Source of the DNA: Paraspadella gotoi
Taxonomy: Eukaryota > Animalia > Chaetognatha
Direction: 5' to 3'
DNA: 64,000 nt
Assembly: GCA_051294375.1 (NCBI GenBank)
Contig: CM119266.1
Location: 11,737,609-11,801,608, forward strand
The translations under genes were made by a program, and so were the position numbers. Under the pieces are notes generated by a model that worked only from the letters and a program-made list of their open reading frames with translations, searched no databases and was not told where the DNA came from. Below are positions 1 through 15,069 of the stretch, piece after piece. Each line of letters opens with the position of its first letter. Position 1 is the stretch's first letter.

Positions 1-88
1 ATATTTTTATATTTTATAACCACCCGATAAGTGAGAATCGACGCACTGTAATCTTTCCTCCTCTCCTCTCTCTCTCTCTCTTCTCTCT

Positions 89-161
<73 letters not shown>

Positions 162-739
162 CTCGGGTGCCCGTCATCATCTCTTTCGTCCCGTTCGTCG
201 CCGACCTTCGTCCTTGCTGTCCTCTTTTCTCGTCGACGGGCGCCACATTTTCACAACGGAAACGGCGCCAAATTCCGCCGTTGATGGCGCTAACGACGCC
301 CGGGTCGCCGACGACGAGCGAGGGATGGGCGTGGCCGAGAGCATTATTATGTGGCCCGACGGTGAGAGGAAGGGAGATGGGAGAGAGGAAGAGAAAGAGA
401 GAGAAAGTTATGAAAAAGACAAGGCCGAATGGGATATCCTAACGTAGGAGTATTTATGTTTTTCTTTCTTTTTTTATTTTTCTCTTCATTTCTTTATTTT
501 TTTCATCCTTTTTTGTCAACTTTTTTTTGTTCTGTCTCTCGTTCTTTCTTTATTTCCTTCTATATTTCTTTCTTTGTTTCTTTGTTTCTTTCTTTCTTAA
601 ATTACTAATTTTTTTTTATTTACGTAGTAACATCATAATTGTGATTATTAAATATTACCTATGAAAGAAGTAAACAACGGCTGCGAGCAGTTAGTTTTGC
701 CAGTCCGAGATAATAAAGAGAGAGATGAAAATGTTGGGG
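1..739 (+). repeat. Direct duplicate of 7587-8351, ending at the N gap (probable assembly overlap or haplotype duplication)
   Basis: Both copies run from 'atatttttatattttataaccac' to 'gagagatgaaaatgttgggg'. Differences are mostly small indels, and the first copy ends exactly at the gap. Confidence 0.9.
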
Positions 740-764
740 NNNNNNNNNNNNNNNNNNNNNNNNN
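740..764. other. Assembly gap (25 N)
   Basis: Run of N. Confidence 0.99.
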
Positions 765-1860
765 TTAGGAAACAATTTGCAAAGCCCTTGATCAGGTTAC
801 TGATAATGAAATTCACTTAATGTTTGTTAATTGGAAGTAGTTTTACAGCCGCGCATGTCGGATCCTTAACAAACACGTTTCATTTCTTTATAAATATCCG
901 AATCACCATAAAAAGTTCGTTTCCATCAAGGGTTTACTATCTAGGCAAAAAAGTTATAATTCATTTATTCAACCAAAACATGGTAAAACATTCTCAATTT
1001 CGCTATGCTCTCTGCCTCGGCATTGACTACACTGCCTGTAACTTTCTAAAACGATTTGACCTACAAAAACGAATAGAAAACGCTACTGAAAGGTAATTCT
1101 ATGTAGATCCGGGAAACATTCTCTACTTTTTTTTACAAGATCAAACCAGTTTTTCGAATAGATATCCTTATTTAAAAATGTTTATATACTTTTCCTAGAA
1201 AGTACCGTACTATTTTAGGTTAGATTAAAAATGTTTATATCAAACAAGGAAAGAACAACTTTTGCAAAAAATATTTTAAATCCTCCATTGGCTATATTCC
1301 GATTCCAGTATCGTATAGTTAAAGAATAAGTTAAGTTATAAGAAAGATGCGTCAATTATACCTGCGATGCTGAACATCATAAGTTCATAAACGCAAGGAA
1401 TACAATTACGACAACAACAACCACAACGACGACGGGTTGACCGATCCAGAGTTACCGGGTATATTTTTTCAAAATGAGGAGCAGAAACTCTGATACACCG
1501 TATGTCCCCCTTTGTTTCGTCTTACCCCTCACCACGCCTTCGCCATTCCAAACCCTCTCAACCCACTTAGTCTCTCGCGCGTCCGATTATAATGGAGAGA
1601 AGATACCTCGGAACCCGTGTTTACAATTAATGACGGCTCGATCAATAAGCCGCCCAAAATTTACGGACCCTCCACCGTCGGACAGATTTCTCTTTGACGG
1701 TTATTTCGTCAAAGATTGCAGATAGTAAATCTTAATGTCGTTATCTGTTACATCACAAGGGTGAAGGACAAGCGACCATCCGATTTCCAGTTTATTAAGG
1801 GGACCGATGAGAAAGAGAGAAAGACAGAAGGACGGAGAGAGAAAGAGAGATGAGAGATGA

Positions 1861-1891
<31 letters not shown>

Positions 1892-2305
1892 CGAGAGAGA
1901 GAGATAGAGAGAGAGAAGAGAGAAGACCGAGAGACGAGACGAGGAGAGAGAGGATTTAGCCTTCAAGTGAAAAGAGGGAGAAGCTCGCAGTGGGTTCAAA
2001 AAAGTCGAGAGGAGATTTGGACATCGTGACTTTGTCTTTGAAGGCTCTCTAAAACATCTGCAAAAAGGCATATCGGGTAGCAGCAGACACAATGTCGGCA
2101 AAAGGTCACCAAAGGTAAAAGGATTTTAACGAAACACCGGCGTTTTTGAACGTTTTCGGCACACCTGCCGTTTTCTTGCGAACTGTTTTCGTCTTGGTAT
2201 CGACAACACGCGTTTTTACTGTCCCGAACTACAGATGAGCAAGACGATTGTGACGGATGCGCGGCAATCGACAAGCTCTGGTCTCGCTCCGTCTCACTTC
2301 TTCAT

Positions 2306-2340
<35 letters not shown>

Positions 2341-2375
2341 TACGACGACTGACGACGACGACGTATGGATGACGG
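2306..2375. repeat. (GAC)n microsatellite
   Basis: Tandem gac units; a similar tract lies at ~4125-4167. Confidence 0.9.
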
Positions 2376-2497
2376 ACGACTGCTCGCACGCGACGCTGAG
2401 AAATATGTAGAAGAAAAAAAACCCATTAAAAATGGAGAAGATTCATTTGATTTGGGTATTTTACATTACCCTTTCTTTTCCCTCTCTTGAGACTGTT

Positions 2498-2528
2498 ATC
2501 TTTCTTTCTTTCTTTTTTTTCTTTCTTT

Positions 2529-2564
<36 letters not shown>

Positions 2565-2588
2565 TTCTTTCTTTTCTTTTCTTCTTTG

Positions 2589-2632
<44 letters not shown>

Positions 2633-2668
2633 TTCTTTCTTTCTTTCTTTCTTTCTTGTCTTTCTTTC
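2498..2668. repeat. (TTTC)n microsatellite
   Basis: Tandem tttc units; these generate the spurious K/E-rich and F/L/S-rich ORFs in the track. Confidence 0.9.
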
Positions 2669-5600
2669 TCCCTTCGGTTTTTTAAACGTCCAAACCTCCA
2701 AAGCTCCCTTTATCCGGCAAAACGATCGCAAAAAAGACATAAACAAACAAACAAAAAAACAAAAGAAATAAAAGTCGCGCTCCGCCATTTGAAATCTTCT
2801 TCTCCATTGAATCGCGCCGCCAATTAAACGAATCAGAGCGTCCAATAGTGCGCTCCTAGCAGCCCGCCTTTCACCAACAGCTCCGCTCCATTCGCCAAAG
2901 GTCGCGCGTTGCGATCAAGACGTCTGGCTTTTTTCTTTTCTGTTAATCCGCGGGTTGGATTTACTCGCGTCGTCTTGAAAGACTGGAAACGTCTTTTGCG
3001 CATCTCGTCGTCGGTCGTCGTCATCGGCGTCGTTGTTCCGCGCGGGCTCATCATGGAGTTATGTCTCTCTTTTTTTTTCGTCTTTCTTTCGCTCTTTCGC
3101 CTTCGCGCCTTCGCCTGCAATCGTCGTCGTGGCGCGATCGTCGTCCTTTAGTCGTCCTTGTTGTCCGAAATTCTCTTCTCCGCCGATGGTCTCCATTAAT
3201 GAACTCCATCGTCTTTTCCTTCTTCTTTTTTTTTTCCACGTTTTTATGGACCCCTCCGAAGTTTTCTGAACTGGCTACCATTCGGCCCACTCTGTGGATC
3301 TCCGCTGCTTTTGTCCCTTACCATCCACCCACTTTTTTAAAAGGTTCTCACCCTCTACGACTTGACCCATCGGAGAATTAGACTCTGAGAGCATTTCTCG
3401 CTCTAAAAGATAGGGGGAGAAATAAACAAAAAAGAGATGGTGTAGACAAATACCGTTGATTGCCACACTATAACTATATAGATTCTATCGAAACTATTTT
3501 ACCAAGCATATTAAAGAATTCGTAAAGAGCAGGATGGCCAACGCTAATTGTGGGAAAAGACATACGAGTTACCTACTTAATTTTATACGACGTATTCCTT
3601 GAAATATTTCCACCTATTGTTTTTTTCCATTAATCACGAGGAATAACAACTATTTTCAAACTTATAACTTTATGAAAAACGGCAAAACGCGAACTCGTAC
3701 TTATCCTCCATTACCCTGACTTCAACTCTCTGTTCTCATCTTCTTATCTCTTTTTTCCTCTTTCTTCTTTCCGACACCAGACCACTATCTTTCGTAAACA
3801 CAGTGGTTGCGGCGGGGCGGTGGCGGCCGGTGCGGGAGGTGTGATGAGGGCGAAAACAAGAGAACATCTTCGAGTCGCAGATCGATCTGGTTATCCGAAT
3901 AAGTAGTAGTTTTTTTTGTTTATTTATTTATTTATTTTTTGACTAGTTGAGTACAACAGCATCGCTGAATCACTTTAAAATTAGTCTAGACTTGTTTAGA
4001 GTTAATGCCCTAATTGACTATTCTGATATTCTGCCCCGCTGGTTCACAACTTCAAAACTGGATGAAAAAAAAGACTATTAAGAAAAATTATAATCAATCC
4101 GTCACCAAAGGCAAAGCAAAGAGGCGACGACGACGACGACGACGACGACGACAACGACAACGATGACTAAGCATTCCTACGACCGGCGCGACCGCATCTG
4201 TTTATTTGTTTTTTTCTGTTCCGCCGCCTTCCACCCCCCACCACCACCACCGCTTTCCACATCAAGCCGCGCTTGTACGAGTACTTTAGTTACACGCTCG
4301 TAACAACGGAATGCGGGAGTTTTTTTTTTTTTTTTGTCACGAGGACGTACGTGGCACGTGATCATCGGACAAGTTGAGGTGGATCGCGACGAGGCGTCTG
4401 GGAGTGAACCGTCTGTGGTCTGGGTAAAATCTTGGGGAAGGAATAAAAATAAAATTCATGATGAGTGTGATTGCTGCATGAGTGCTGCATGCTTGATCTG
4501 TGATGCTGGCGCTGTATGTTGTCGTCCAAAAGGATGTAGGAGACGTTGTTTGAGAGAATTTGTCAAATTTTCGTATTTAAAACAACTTTTGCAATAATAC
4601 TCCTGTTAAAGAGACAAATTATTTGTTATTCGATATCTTAGTAACAATATTTCCGATTCTAGTAGGATAGATTATCCGATTTTAGATTCTTAGCGTGTAA
4701 TTATATGTAATTAATGATATATATTTTGTTTGTCGGGCGGTTGTCTCGTGATTGTTTGGTTTGGTTGTCTTTTATATACAATATCTATACATATATACAA
4801 ATAACTATATGTCTTCTCTTCGCTCCGTTGTTTCTTCTTTATGCGCGGCGTGTTTTTGTTATATCGCCATTCTCATGAATAATGTCACTGCTTAAGAGAA
4901 ATCCCCGTGCAACGTCTCGGTCTCTCTCTCGTCTCTCTCGTCTCCTACTCTGCTGCGTCTCTTCTCTCTCTTGGCGTCTCTCTCTCTTCTCTCGGGTCGC
5001 TCTCTCCTCGTGGCGTCTCTCTCTCTCGTCTCCGATGGCCGATCCGGAGAGCGGTCCGAAGAGCATGAGTGCCTGCTTGCACAAAGAGTGGCGGTGAAGG
5101 CGGATTTCCCCGTCGCGCGCTTTTCTGCGTCTCTCTCTGCTATCTCTCTGCTCTTATCTCTTCTCTCTCGTCTGCTGCTCCTCTCTCGTGCGTCGTCCTG
5201 CGTCTCCTCGATGGCTGCTGCTCTCTCTGGTCTCTCTCTCTCGTGCGTGACCTCTCGGCTCTTACGAAAACCCGCAAAGGCATGTCTGGAGAAACAAGCA
5301 CTGACAGACAGAAAGAAGTCTTGTGAACACTCGCAATGTAAGATGTATATTTTGGAAAGATCAGTTGTAGCGGACAGGAAAGCGGTCCGAGGGCGATTGA
5401 AAACGGGACGAAATGTCGCGAGTGCAAGATGTACGGACGATGACGAAAATAGCGAGACGGTGGATAAGCGATGTATAATACAACGACGACATAAAAAGTA
5501 TTTACGTGCCGAAGAGGTTTTGGTTAAATCGCTATGTTTGGTGAGGGGTTAAGGTAACTTTTGACTTGCTAGACATATTACCTACTTATTAGTCGGCGAT

Positions 5601-6532
5601 ATACTATCGTTTAAATTCATAATCAAGAAAGAATGCCCACCAGCGACATTCCGCCATGAGCAAGGCACAGTAATACTCTTTGTACATTCAAACATTCGAC
5701 ATCTTAATCCTCAATGTGTTTCACCCATCTCCCTTTCTTACCCCCAGACCATTTCTCCCCCCCCTCCCCCCTTTTGGCAACGACTGCAAACGATCCGCAT
5801 CGCGTCTCCTGCAGAAACTTCCCTCCGCTTCGATAACCGGAAGCCGCGATTTCCATTCGGATTCCATTTACCACGCTTATCGGACGCGAATCAACATCCG
5901 GTTTCCATCCTCGAGATGAACTCGAGATCCGTCCTGGTAAATTCCGGATCGACCGGGAATTCCATTGACCGTTTATTGAGACAAGAGAAAGATGCTGTAA
6001 TGCTGTATGCTGTTTAATGCTGCGTGTGGAGGGGAGATTTTTGATATTCCTCCAACAGCTTCACGGGTAAATGGCGAGAGAATATACAGTCCGAGCAAAG
6101 TTTAAAAGCAGTGATGAAAAAATAGGAATGAACTTAAAATTATCCAGAAAACAGTTAAAAGAACCTATTTACCTAATATGAATTTCACAAAACTTTACAA
6201 CTATCGAAAGCTGACTTGAAGTAAATTTCCATTCTCCTTTCTTCTTTTCTCCTTTCTCTCTTTCTTCTTTCTCTTCCCATTCTTCTTTCTTCCTTTTCTT
6301 CTTCATCTTACTTTCTTACACAAAATTTTTTTTGTGCACCTAACTCCACCTCTGACGCCTAAGGAATGGGGTGGGGGTTAAAAGGAAAAGGCAACCGATT
6401 CTCTCAAGAATTGGAATGGGCGTCATTTCGCGCTTTGACAAAAAAAGCCATCACCTTGTCCGACCAGGCGACTTCATTGTCTTCATCAACTTTGGAAATT
6501 GACAACATCAATTTAGAGTATGCTTCCTCACC

Positions 6533-6586
<54 letters not shown>

Positions 6587-7477
6587 TCTCACTCTCTCTC
6601 ATCTCTCTCTTTTCTCTCGATCGGCTCGAGCGGATATCCCACTTTTCCATTTTTCAGATCATGTACCAATTCCTTCATATACGGAGATTACAAACGATGA
6701 GATATCTTAGGCCGGCCCGATCGAGCTTATGCGAGGAGAGCGAAATAGGGGAGAGGACTCGTTTGCCGCGAACGCGAAATTGACCCCGGAATTGACCCAT
6801 CGGAAGAAAAAAAGGAGAGAGACCGGAATGGAGTGGAGAGAGGGGAATGAGACACGCTGGTCCTTTTTTTTCGGGTGGTTATTAGCCCAATGACTCTGAC
6901 CCCGTATGAGCGGCTAGTGTGAGGACTTTCAATCTGCCCCATATAAGGGTATATGCCATTAACCATAACCATATCACATCACCATTCGTGAAGATCGCTT
7001 TTGTCGCGAGAGGGTCGAGAGACAATGAGGCATCAAGAGAAAGATGGAGAGAGAGAGGGAGAGTGGAGAGAGAGACGAGCAGAGAGAGACGAGAGAGAGA
7101 GAGAGAGTAGGAGAGAGAGAGAGAGAGACGAGAGATGAGAGAGAGAGAGAGAATAAAGTAGACGAGTACTCCGTTTCTTCACTATCACCGCTAAAACTAT
7201 ATGGTCCAAAAAAAAATGGCGGGAAATTTTAATTATTAACACCGTAACTACTTCAGCAAATTCAATGATCATTGTGCCGAAATAGATCAATTTTAGCACG
7301 CCTACATTAATCAGATTGCCTCACGTTGACAACCGGCAATGACGTCACCAACATCAACTGCCCATCAGACACTCGTTTCACTCCCCCCCTTCATTCGCTT
7401 CCCTCCTATTCAACCAAAGGCGATCTTCCTGCGCAAAGAGAGACTTATTGAGAGGGAGCTGAAGACCGCGCCGAAAG

Positions 7478-7513
<36 letters not shown>

Positions 7514-7518
7514 AGAGA

Positions 7519-7564
<46 letters not shown>

Positions 7565-7586
7565 AAACGCAAAATAGTTCGAAAAA

Positions 7587-8351
<765 letters not shown>

Positions 8352-8404
8352 AAGAGAGAGCAGAGAGCGAGAGAGAGCAGAGCCGAGAGAGAGAACGATG
8401 AGGG

Positions 8405-8474
<70 letters not shown>

Positions 8475-8989
8475 TCTAATCGCGTTAACGCTTATCGCGC
8501 CATTAACGCGAATCTAATTTCTGGTCACTCTACAGCGCCGAAGCCACTTCCCCCTCTTCCTCCTCCTCTTCCTCTTCCTCCACCCTTCCCCTCTCCTTCG
8601 TCCTTTCCTTCGTCCTCTCCTTCGTCCTCTCCTCCTCCTATCGTTCTCACCTCTACATTCTTTGTTGTCTCTTGCAGTATGACCCCATTTACAACTGTGG
8701 CGCCGCAATCATCATCATCATCATCAACACCATTATAATTATTAAGCATTATCATCATCATCATCAATATAAATTATGTTTTCTAATCTCAAACACAATG
8801 AAAAGAAAGAATACGATATGAGAATTTTTTTTTAATATCAAGAATGATACAGTAGCATAAAGCAGCAACAAAATAAACCACACAAATAAAAATAGAATAA
8901 AGGAAAACTAATCTACGAGCTCATTTCTATATTTTCATAGAATTAAGACAAAACTTCATGAATCGTTCGGTTTAAAAATATGATAAATG

Positions 8990-9480
8990 TCAGGGTAACC
9001 AAAACATTCTCGAATTCCATTATTAATGGGTATATTTGGACTAAATTTAGACTAAATTTAGACTAAATTTTAGTTGGTACATATCTTTACAAGTAAAACT
9101 GAGACACGGTGACTGTAAAATAATTGTTACAAAACTGCTTCGTTTGATTTATGTCACCCATTCAAATACTATTGGAGGATCTATAAAAGGACATTAAATC
9201 AGGAGTGAGATCGGAATCAAAATTATTTCCAGATTTTAAGTGAAATCCTAGATATTTCCAACTCTTTCGATAGGACATGAATCAACATTTAAATACCCAG
9301 ACTCAATCCCATAATCGGTTTTTCCAAAAATCATGGACTTTGTTTTTTTAAATTAAAAGTAAAACCGAATTTCTTCCCATATTCAACACTAATGTCAATC
9401 ATTCTCTGAATGCCTCCTAATATGGGTGATGACAGGACTATGTCATCAGCATAAAAAATGTAACCTACAAATATTTTTAT
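8990..9480 (-). mobile_element. Decayed non-LTR retrotransposon (LINE) reverse transcriptase fragment
   Basis: The minus strand from 9480 reads IKIFVGYIFYADDIVLSSPILGGIQRMIDISVEYGKKFGFTFNLKKTKSMIFGK, then KYLGFHL after a frameshift. The YADD, FN..KTK and KYLG motifs are typical of LINE RT. Confidence 0.85.
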
Positions 9481-9720
9481 GAAATCATTAAGGACCAAAA
9501 GTTTGGACTAAGAATTACTCCTTGACGAACCCCAGTTTTTACATTAAAAATTTCACTGCAACAATCCTGCCACTTACATTTACAGAAAAGATTTGAATAC
9601 AAATATACAATAAGTCTTAAAAATCAAGAAGAAAAATTCGTTCAATTAGTTTTAATACCCATCAAATCCTTACTACAGTCAATAAAGGGTGGATATAGTT
9701 AGGTGAAAATAAGGAATGTC

Positions 9721-11421
9721 CTTAAAAAGGGAATGTTCAAAAATCGGCCAAGGAATTCCGCCAAACCAGACGCTTCATCAGTGCGTCGAGCTTCTTCAAA
9801 TCCCGCGGCAACAACTGCGTGTTATGCGCTGACATCCGAGTCCGGCGGTAACGACTCTGCTTGGCTGAGAGTCCCTTTGTTCCGTCGACTTGAGCGCTGT
9901 CGCCGACGCCGCCTTCAGTCCAAAAACGGCAACACCTCCTCGTCCCAAATTCTCGAGAGAGGCGATCAGATCCCTGCGTAGCGAAATCCGGCGGATTCTT
10001 GGCGGCGTATTTGGGCATCCTCAAACAGTTCCTTCCAGCGTCAAGAGAGGCACGAGGTTAATAGCAGAAGAAGTGGCCTCCAAAGAGACTGTCCGTCTGT
10101 GGGATAGATTTCTCGCCTAGAAGCGTCGTTCAGAATCTTGTCGCCGACGAGGAACTGACGGAATCGACCAATCCGAATCTCCTAGCCACTCCAACCTTCC
10201 CCCACACCCCATCCATCCCCACCGCTCATCTTTCGACGCCCATTCCGGTCCCCAGCCGCGGCCCGTGCCAAATCAACGAAGAACCGGTTGTAAGATTGGC
10301 GTCTCGCGGCGATCCGAAGGCGTCCATCGCGTTGGTGGCGGCCATGCGGAAGTTGGAGATCATCGAGGGAATCGGCTTCCTGTATGAGAAGACGTAGGAG
10401 CAGCGGAAGGGGAGTTGGTCCTCGAGATCGATCACGTCCTTGATCCACCAAGTAGTTAAGACGGCCGACTTGAGGCCGACCACGTCGACGCCGGGGAGTC
10501 GATAGAGATGTTTGACGGCGAATAAGAGGACGTGCTTGAGCAAGGGTGGTCGGGAATCTCCCGCTGCGAAGGCCAAAGCGTAGAGGTTGACGAAGACGTT
10601 GGGGTCGTTCCACACGATGGCGTTGGGGAGGCGCTCGAGATGTTGGAGGATGAAGGTACTGCCGCCGCGCGAGTTGGAGGACATCACGACCGCCGTCTTT
10701 ATCGCGTTTTTTTTGTATTGATGGCTGTTGTCGTCGTTCTTTTCGTCGTCGCGAGCCAAACTCTCCAACTCTTCCTCAGCCAAACGGCGAAACCGTCGAA
10801 TTGGGATAACGGCGAACTCTACCGTCAGGCGAGGGACGTCGTAACAGGCGAAAGGAGCGGATCGAGAGTCGAACACGTTCTCTTCTGGTAAGAGAGTGTA
10901 ACACAAATAGAGTCGAGGCATATTAAATTATAAATAATTCAATTAAATTATAAATAACATGATTTAAATTATCCATAAAGATAAGATATCCAAACAGATT
11001 TTCGTATTTTATTTTCGTCAATTATTTCTTAACATCTCGTTTGCTTTGAATCATCGACCAAAAAAAAGCATCAATCAATCAATCAACAAACCGGGACCAT
11101 CACAATAACCTCTTCCTGTCCGCACAAACGTCGCGCCCTCTTCCGACACGTACAGCAGGTGCACGTGCGGATCTAGCCAGGCGAAGGCGCGAGCACTCGA
11201 ATCTGGCGTGAGCGTGGAATGACGTCGTCGAAACGGGTCGCCGACGCGCGGGCGCTGTGCCGCCAAAGGACGCGGCGCACCTCAACGCGGTCGTCAAGGA
11301 AGCCGTGGGAAAAATACGCCGAGATTTTGCGCCAGATGAGGAAGAGTTTTAGCACCGGGAGGAAAACGAAGAAGTAAAATAAAACGCGGAAGACAACGGT
11401 CCAAGAATGACAGGCAGACAT
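9721..11421 (-). CDS. P-loop sulfotransferase-like protein with an N-terminal TM anchor; about 3 exons, with frameshifts (sequence errors or pseudogene)
   Basis: Approximate exons 11421-11115, 10884-10223, 10181-9721. The N-terminus has a hydrophobic helix (VVFRVLFYFFVFLPVLKLFLIW). VVMSSNSRGGSTFILQHLERLPNAIVWNDP resembles the 5'-PSB loop (R-x-G-S-T...E/D-P) of sulfotransferase-family proteins, and YVFSYRKP resembles the 3'-PB segment. Frame changes are needed in exons 1 and 3. Confidence 0.55.
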
Positions 11422-12539
11422 GGCGCTGATTTGACGAGGGAAAAATATACTTTTGTAATAGTTATTTGATATCTTTTGTCATGGCGCATGGTTCGACTTT
11501 GTTCGTAGGCAGTAAAATTGATTGCATTTATACTTTGTTTATTTTTACTGTTGACTCGATAAGAGTTTCGAAGGTTAAGTTTTAAGGGAGGCCGGGAGTA
11601 ATGTCAATTGATTGTGTCAGAAGTTTGATTTGGGAACCTTCCGATATGAAACTTTATACATTTCAGAAAAAACTTTGAATGGACCAAAAACTTTTAAAAT
11701 GGCTAGAAGAACTACAAGTAATTATTTTTTAAATATTTATTTAGAATTAGGAAATATCAACATTTTTTGAAAAAAATTTTATTTTTAAAAAGTGTATTTA
11801 GATAGCTTATCAAAAGTTAACTACTTAAAGTTTAATTATTTTTTCAATATTTTGATGATAAGTTGGTCAAAATTAAGAAAAAACTAAAAAAATCATCATC
11901 ATCATATGATACTTTTAAAAGTTTTTCAGTAAAAAAACATTAAAATTTAAAAACAGTTATAATTACATTTTTGTATAACTTTTTTAGCACTATCAGAATC
12001 AATTAAAAACACTGAATATATAAAAAAAACTTTGACATTATTTAGCATGGATTTGTTTAAAATTTGAATTTGGTCGGCTAGCGCTACCGGGAGAAGCAAA
12101 TCCTTCTCATCGAGATTCGATTCAGTTAAATTGTTAAATTCCATAGAAAAAATTGATAAAGAAAAATCGTTGTAAAATATTATTAATTGAAAAAATATTG
12201 ATTAAAATAATGACCTTTTTTATCTTTTTCTCTTCCAAATTAATTTATGTTTTATTATTTCCAATAATTATAACCAATGATATTTTTTTTTAAATTGTTT
12301 TAGTTTGTAACGCACGCCAACCTACCTGGTCTCATTCCGTTGGTTCCTTCCTTTAACCGTTCCCCTTAAAAGTCCCCAACACTTCCCATTCACCCGCCTC
12401 CCTTCTCACCCCCCGCTCAACCAAATCGAATCGAGAGCGAGTTAATTGAGTTACAAGCGACGAGAAAATCATCGGATTCTGATTCGCTGATTCCTCGTCG
12501 AATTCACGCGTCAACTACGTCGAGCGCGACTTTATGAGC

Positions 12540-12599
12540 CTCTGATTGGTCCGTTGCTCGTATCTGATTGGCTGGCGAAAGAAAGGACTCGCCACGTCA
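12540..12599. promoter_or_regulatory. Promoter-like motif cluster: two inverted CCAAT boxes plus a TGACGTGG (UPRE/ATF-like) site
   Basis: ctgattgg occurs twice within 30 bp, followed by gccacgtca (reverse TGACGTGGC). Target gene unknown. Confidence 0.25.
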
Positions 12600-13672
12600 T
12601 AGTCGGGGTACCCTCGGATGTCGTTGTCGGTTGTTTTCAATGACAATGGCGACACTGGCACCATGAACCATTGTTTACCATTAATGATGTTGTAATGAGT
12701 TTTTATTTGGTTACTTTGATTATATTCTGAATCGTTCCCTTTTTGTCATTGTAATATGTATCTGTATTATCGTCGCTGTGATGGACATCGTCACTGTGGG
12801 TCGGAGCTTTTATGGTTCGTCGTCGTCGTCGTCGTCGTGTTAGAGATGCAGTTCCCCGCTGCTCATTCGCCCCTCATAATTAAAGCGGAAGCGAATTCGT
12901 CGCTCATCGATTTTGGCGCCGAATCTTGTAACAGCGGTGAAACAAGAATTTTGTTGACATCTGATCGGAAACCAAGTTTTCGAAGAGTGATACTAGAGAA
13001 GATGTTTCACTCTCATTCACTCACTCACTCACTCTCTCTCTCTCTCTCTCTCTCTCTGGATGACTCGTGGTCGTCAGTGGCGTCGGCGGCGTCGGCGGCG
13101 TCGATGTCCTTGACTCGAGGCTAAAAGCGCCACAAGAGAGTGTTGATGGCGACGGTGAAGAAGAAACGAGGAAAGTGATATGGGGTAAGTGAGAAGGTAA
13201 TATGAGAGTGAGAATCAACGGGAAATATGTAAAAAAAGTGAAAGCTCGATTCGTAGATCGATAGACATTTCCGTGAATCAATAGATATCGTATAAATTAT
13301 TTTCGCATTTAATCCTCCGTGGAATTTTTTACGAGTAAAAATAAAAACTTTTTTTCACGACAAATATGTATATTTCAAAAATATATTCGATTAAATAAAT
13401 CTATTCTTTTTTTCAGAGATCCGCAAGTTGTTGTTTTGTTTATTTTTTAAAACTAATCTGCAGTTTAGAACTATTACCGCTACCTACCGACTAATAAAAA
13501 TTTTGAAAAGGAAACAAAAAGTTTTATACCTATGGCCCAATTTGTTCTAAAGTAAAGATCTGAAGACTCATAAGTCATAACTTATAGCTTTTTTTTTTCA
13601 ATCAATTTTTAAATTCTCGAAATGAGTCGTATCAGGAAAATTCGAAATTGAACTGTTTGGTCTTCACGACCA

Positions 13673-15037
13673 TTATTTTTTACACCTTTGTCGCGACTTC
13701 CTTTCCTGTTGCACAACCGTTGGTGTCTCTATCCTCAAACTCTCCCTCCCGATATCCTTCATCGACTGCGGCAACGCCACCCCCTTCGTCTCCGCCATCG
13801 TCCAAACGACGCCGCCGGCGAGGGCCGTAAAAGACGCCGCTATCGCCGGAAACCCAAGCGGCGCCACGCGGACGACGAGCGATGCGAAAGAGGCGAAACA
13901 GGTTGCGAGGCGTCCGACGCTGCCGCAGGCGCCGACGCAGCGAGACCGTATGTCGGTGGGAAACGCTTCGGGTGTGGCAACGCGGTTGACGATCATCGCG
14001 CCGCCGATGAAAATTTGGCCTGGAAGTGAGAGTCACTGAATTAGTGGATTCGCGATTAAATCATTCCAAGACATCTCTTTTTTTAAAATAAATATAAAAT
14101 ATAGTTTTAGAATGCTTTTAAATAGAGCAAAATATAGGCCTTAACCCACCATAGCCATAAATTCTATAACCGCAAAGCCCCTTTCCAAAAACTTGTACCC
14201 GCAATGGTAAACCAAAAAATAACGCTATGGTTCTCTTTCCATCCAATAGCTTGCAAGGCCGCGCTGACAACAAAACTGCCGGCACTGCCGCAGAAAAGCG
14301 CGGAGAGGGAGCCGCGACGCGAGAGGAATCGCTCGACTAGCGCCGCCATCGCCATGGAAGGGATTATCGAAATGCCAATCAGCGCCAAATTGACGGATCG
14401 ATCTCCGGTCAGCAGATCCGTGATCGACAGAGATATGGCCCAATAAGTCGCCGCGATGGTGAACCAAGCGAATGAGACCGGCAGCATCCGACGCCAAAGA
14501 CTCCAGCTTCGCCAGGGATTGCCGGGCGAAGGGGTGGTGTTTGTGACGGCGGAGGCTGCGGCGGAGGCATCTGCTGCTGCAGCTGCCTCCCTATTTTCAT
14601 TTTCCGCTTGAACGACCAATCCGTCGGCTTCGGCCCGATTTCTCACGAACTCGTCAAGGTTGTTCACATTTAACGCATTCTTGACGAGATGTTCCAACTT
14701 CCTTCTATACTTGATCTCCTTCTGAGCCGCCAACCACCTCAGCGACTCCGGCATCAAGAATAAGAGCGCCACGACGAGAGCGTACAACGCCGCAATCAAC
14801 AAATGGAGGTTACGCCAACTAGTGATAAGGTAGCCGGAGAGACCCATGAGGCAGTAACCCGCAGGGACGGCGAGACTGAAGAGAGTGTTGATGTTGTAGC
14901 GGCGAGAGGCACTGAAGGTCTCGTTGAGGTAGATGGAGAAAATCCAGACTGTTCCGCTCTGGGGGAAAACAGGGGAAAAGGTTAGAGATGCTTTCCTTTC
15001 GTAATTATAAACAAACNNNNNNNNNNNNNNNNNNNNN

Positions 15038-15069
<32 letters not shown>
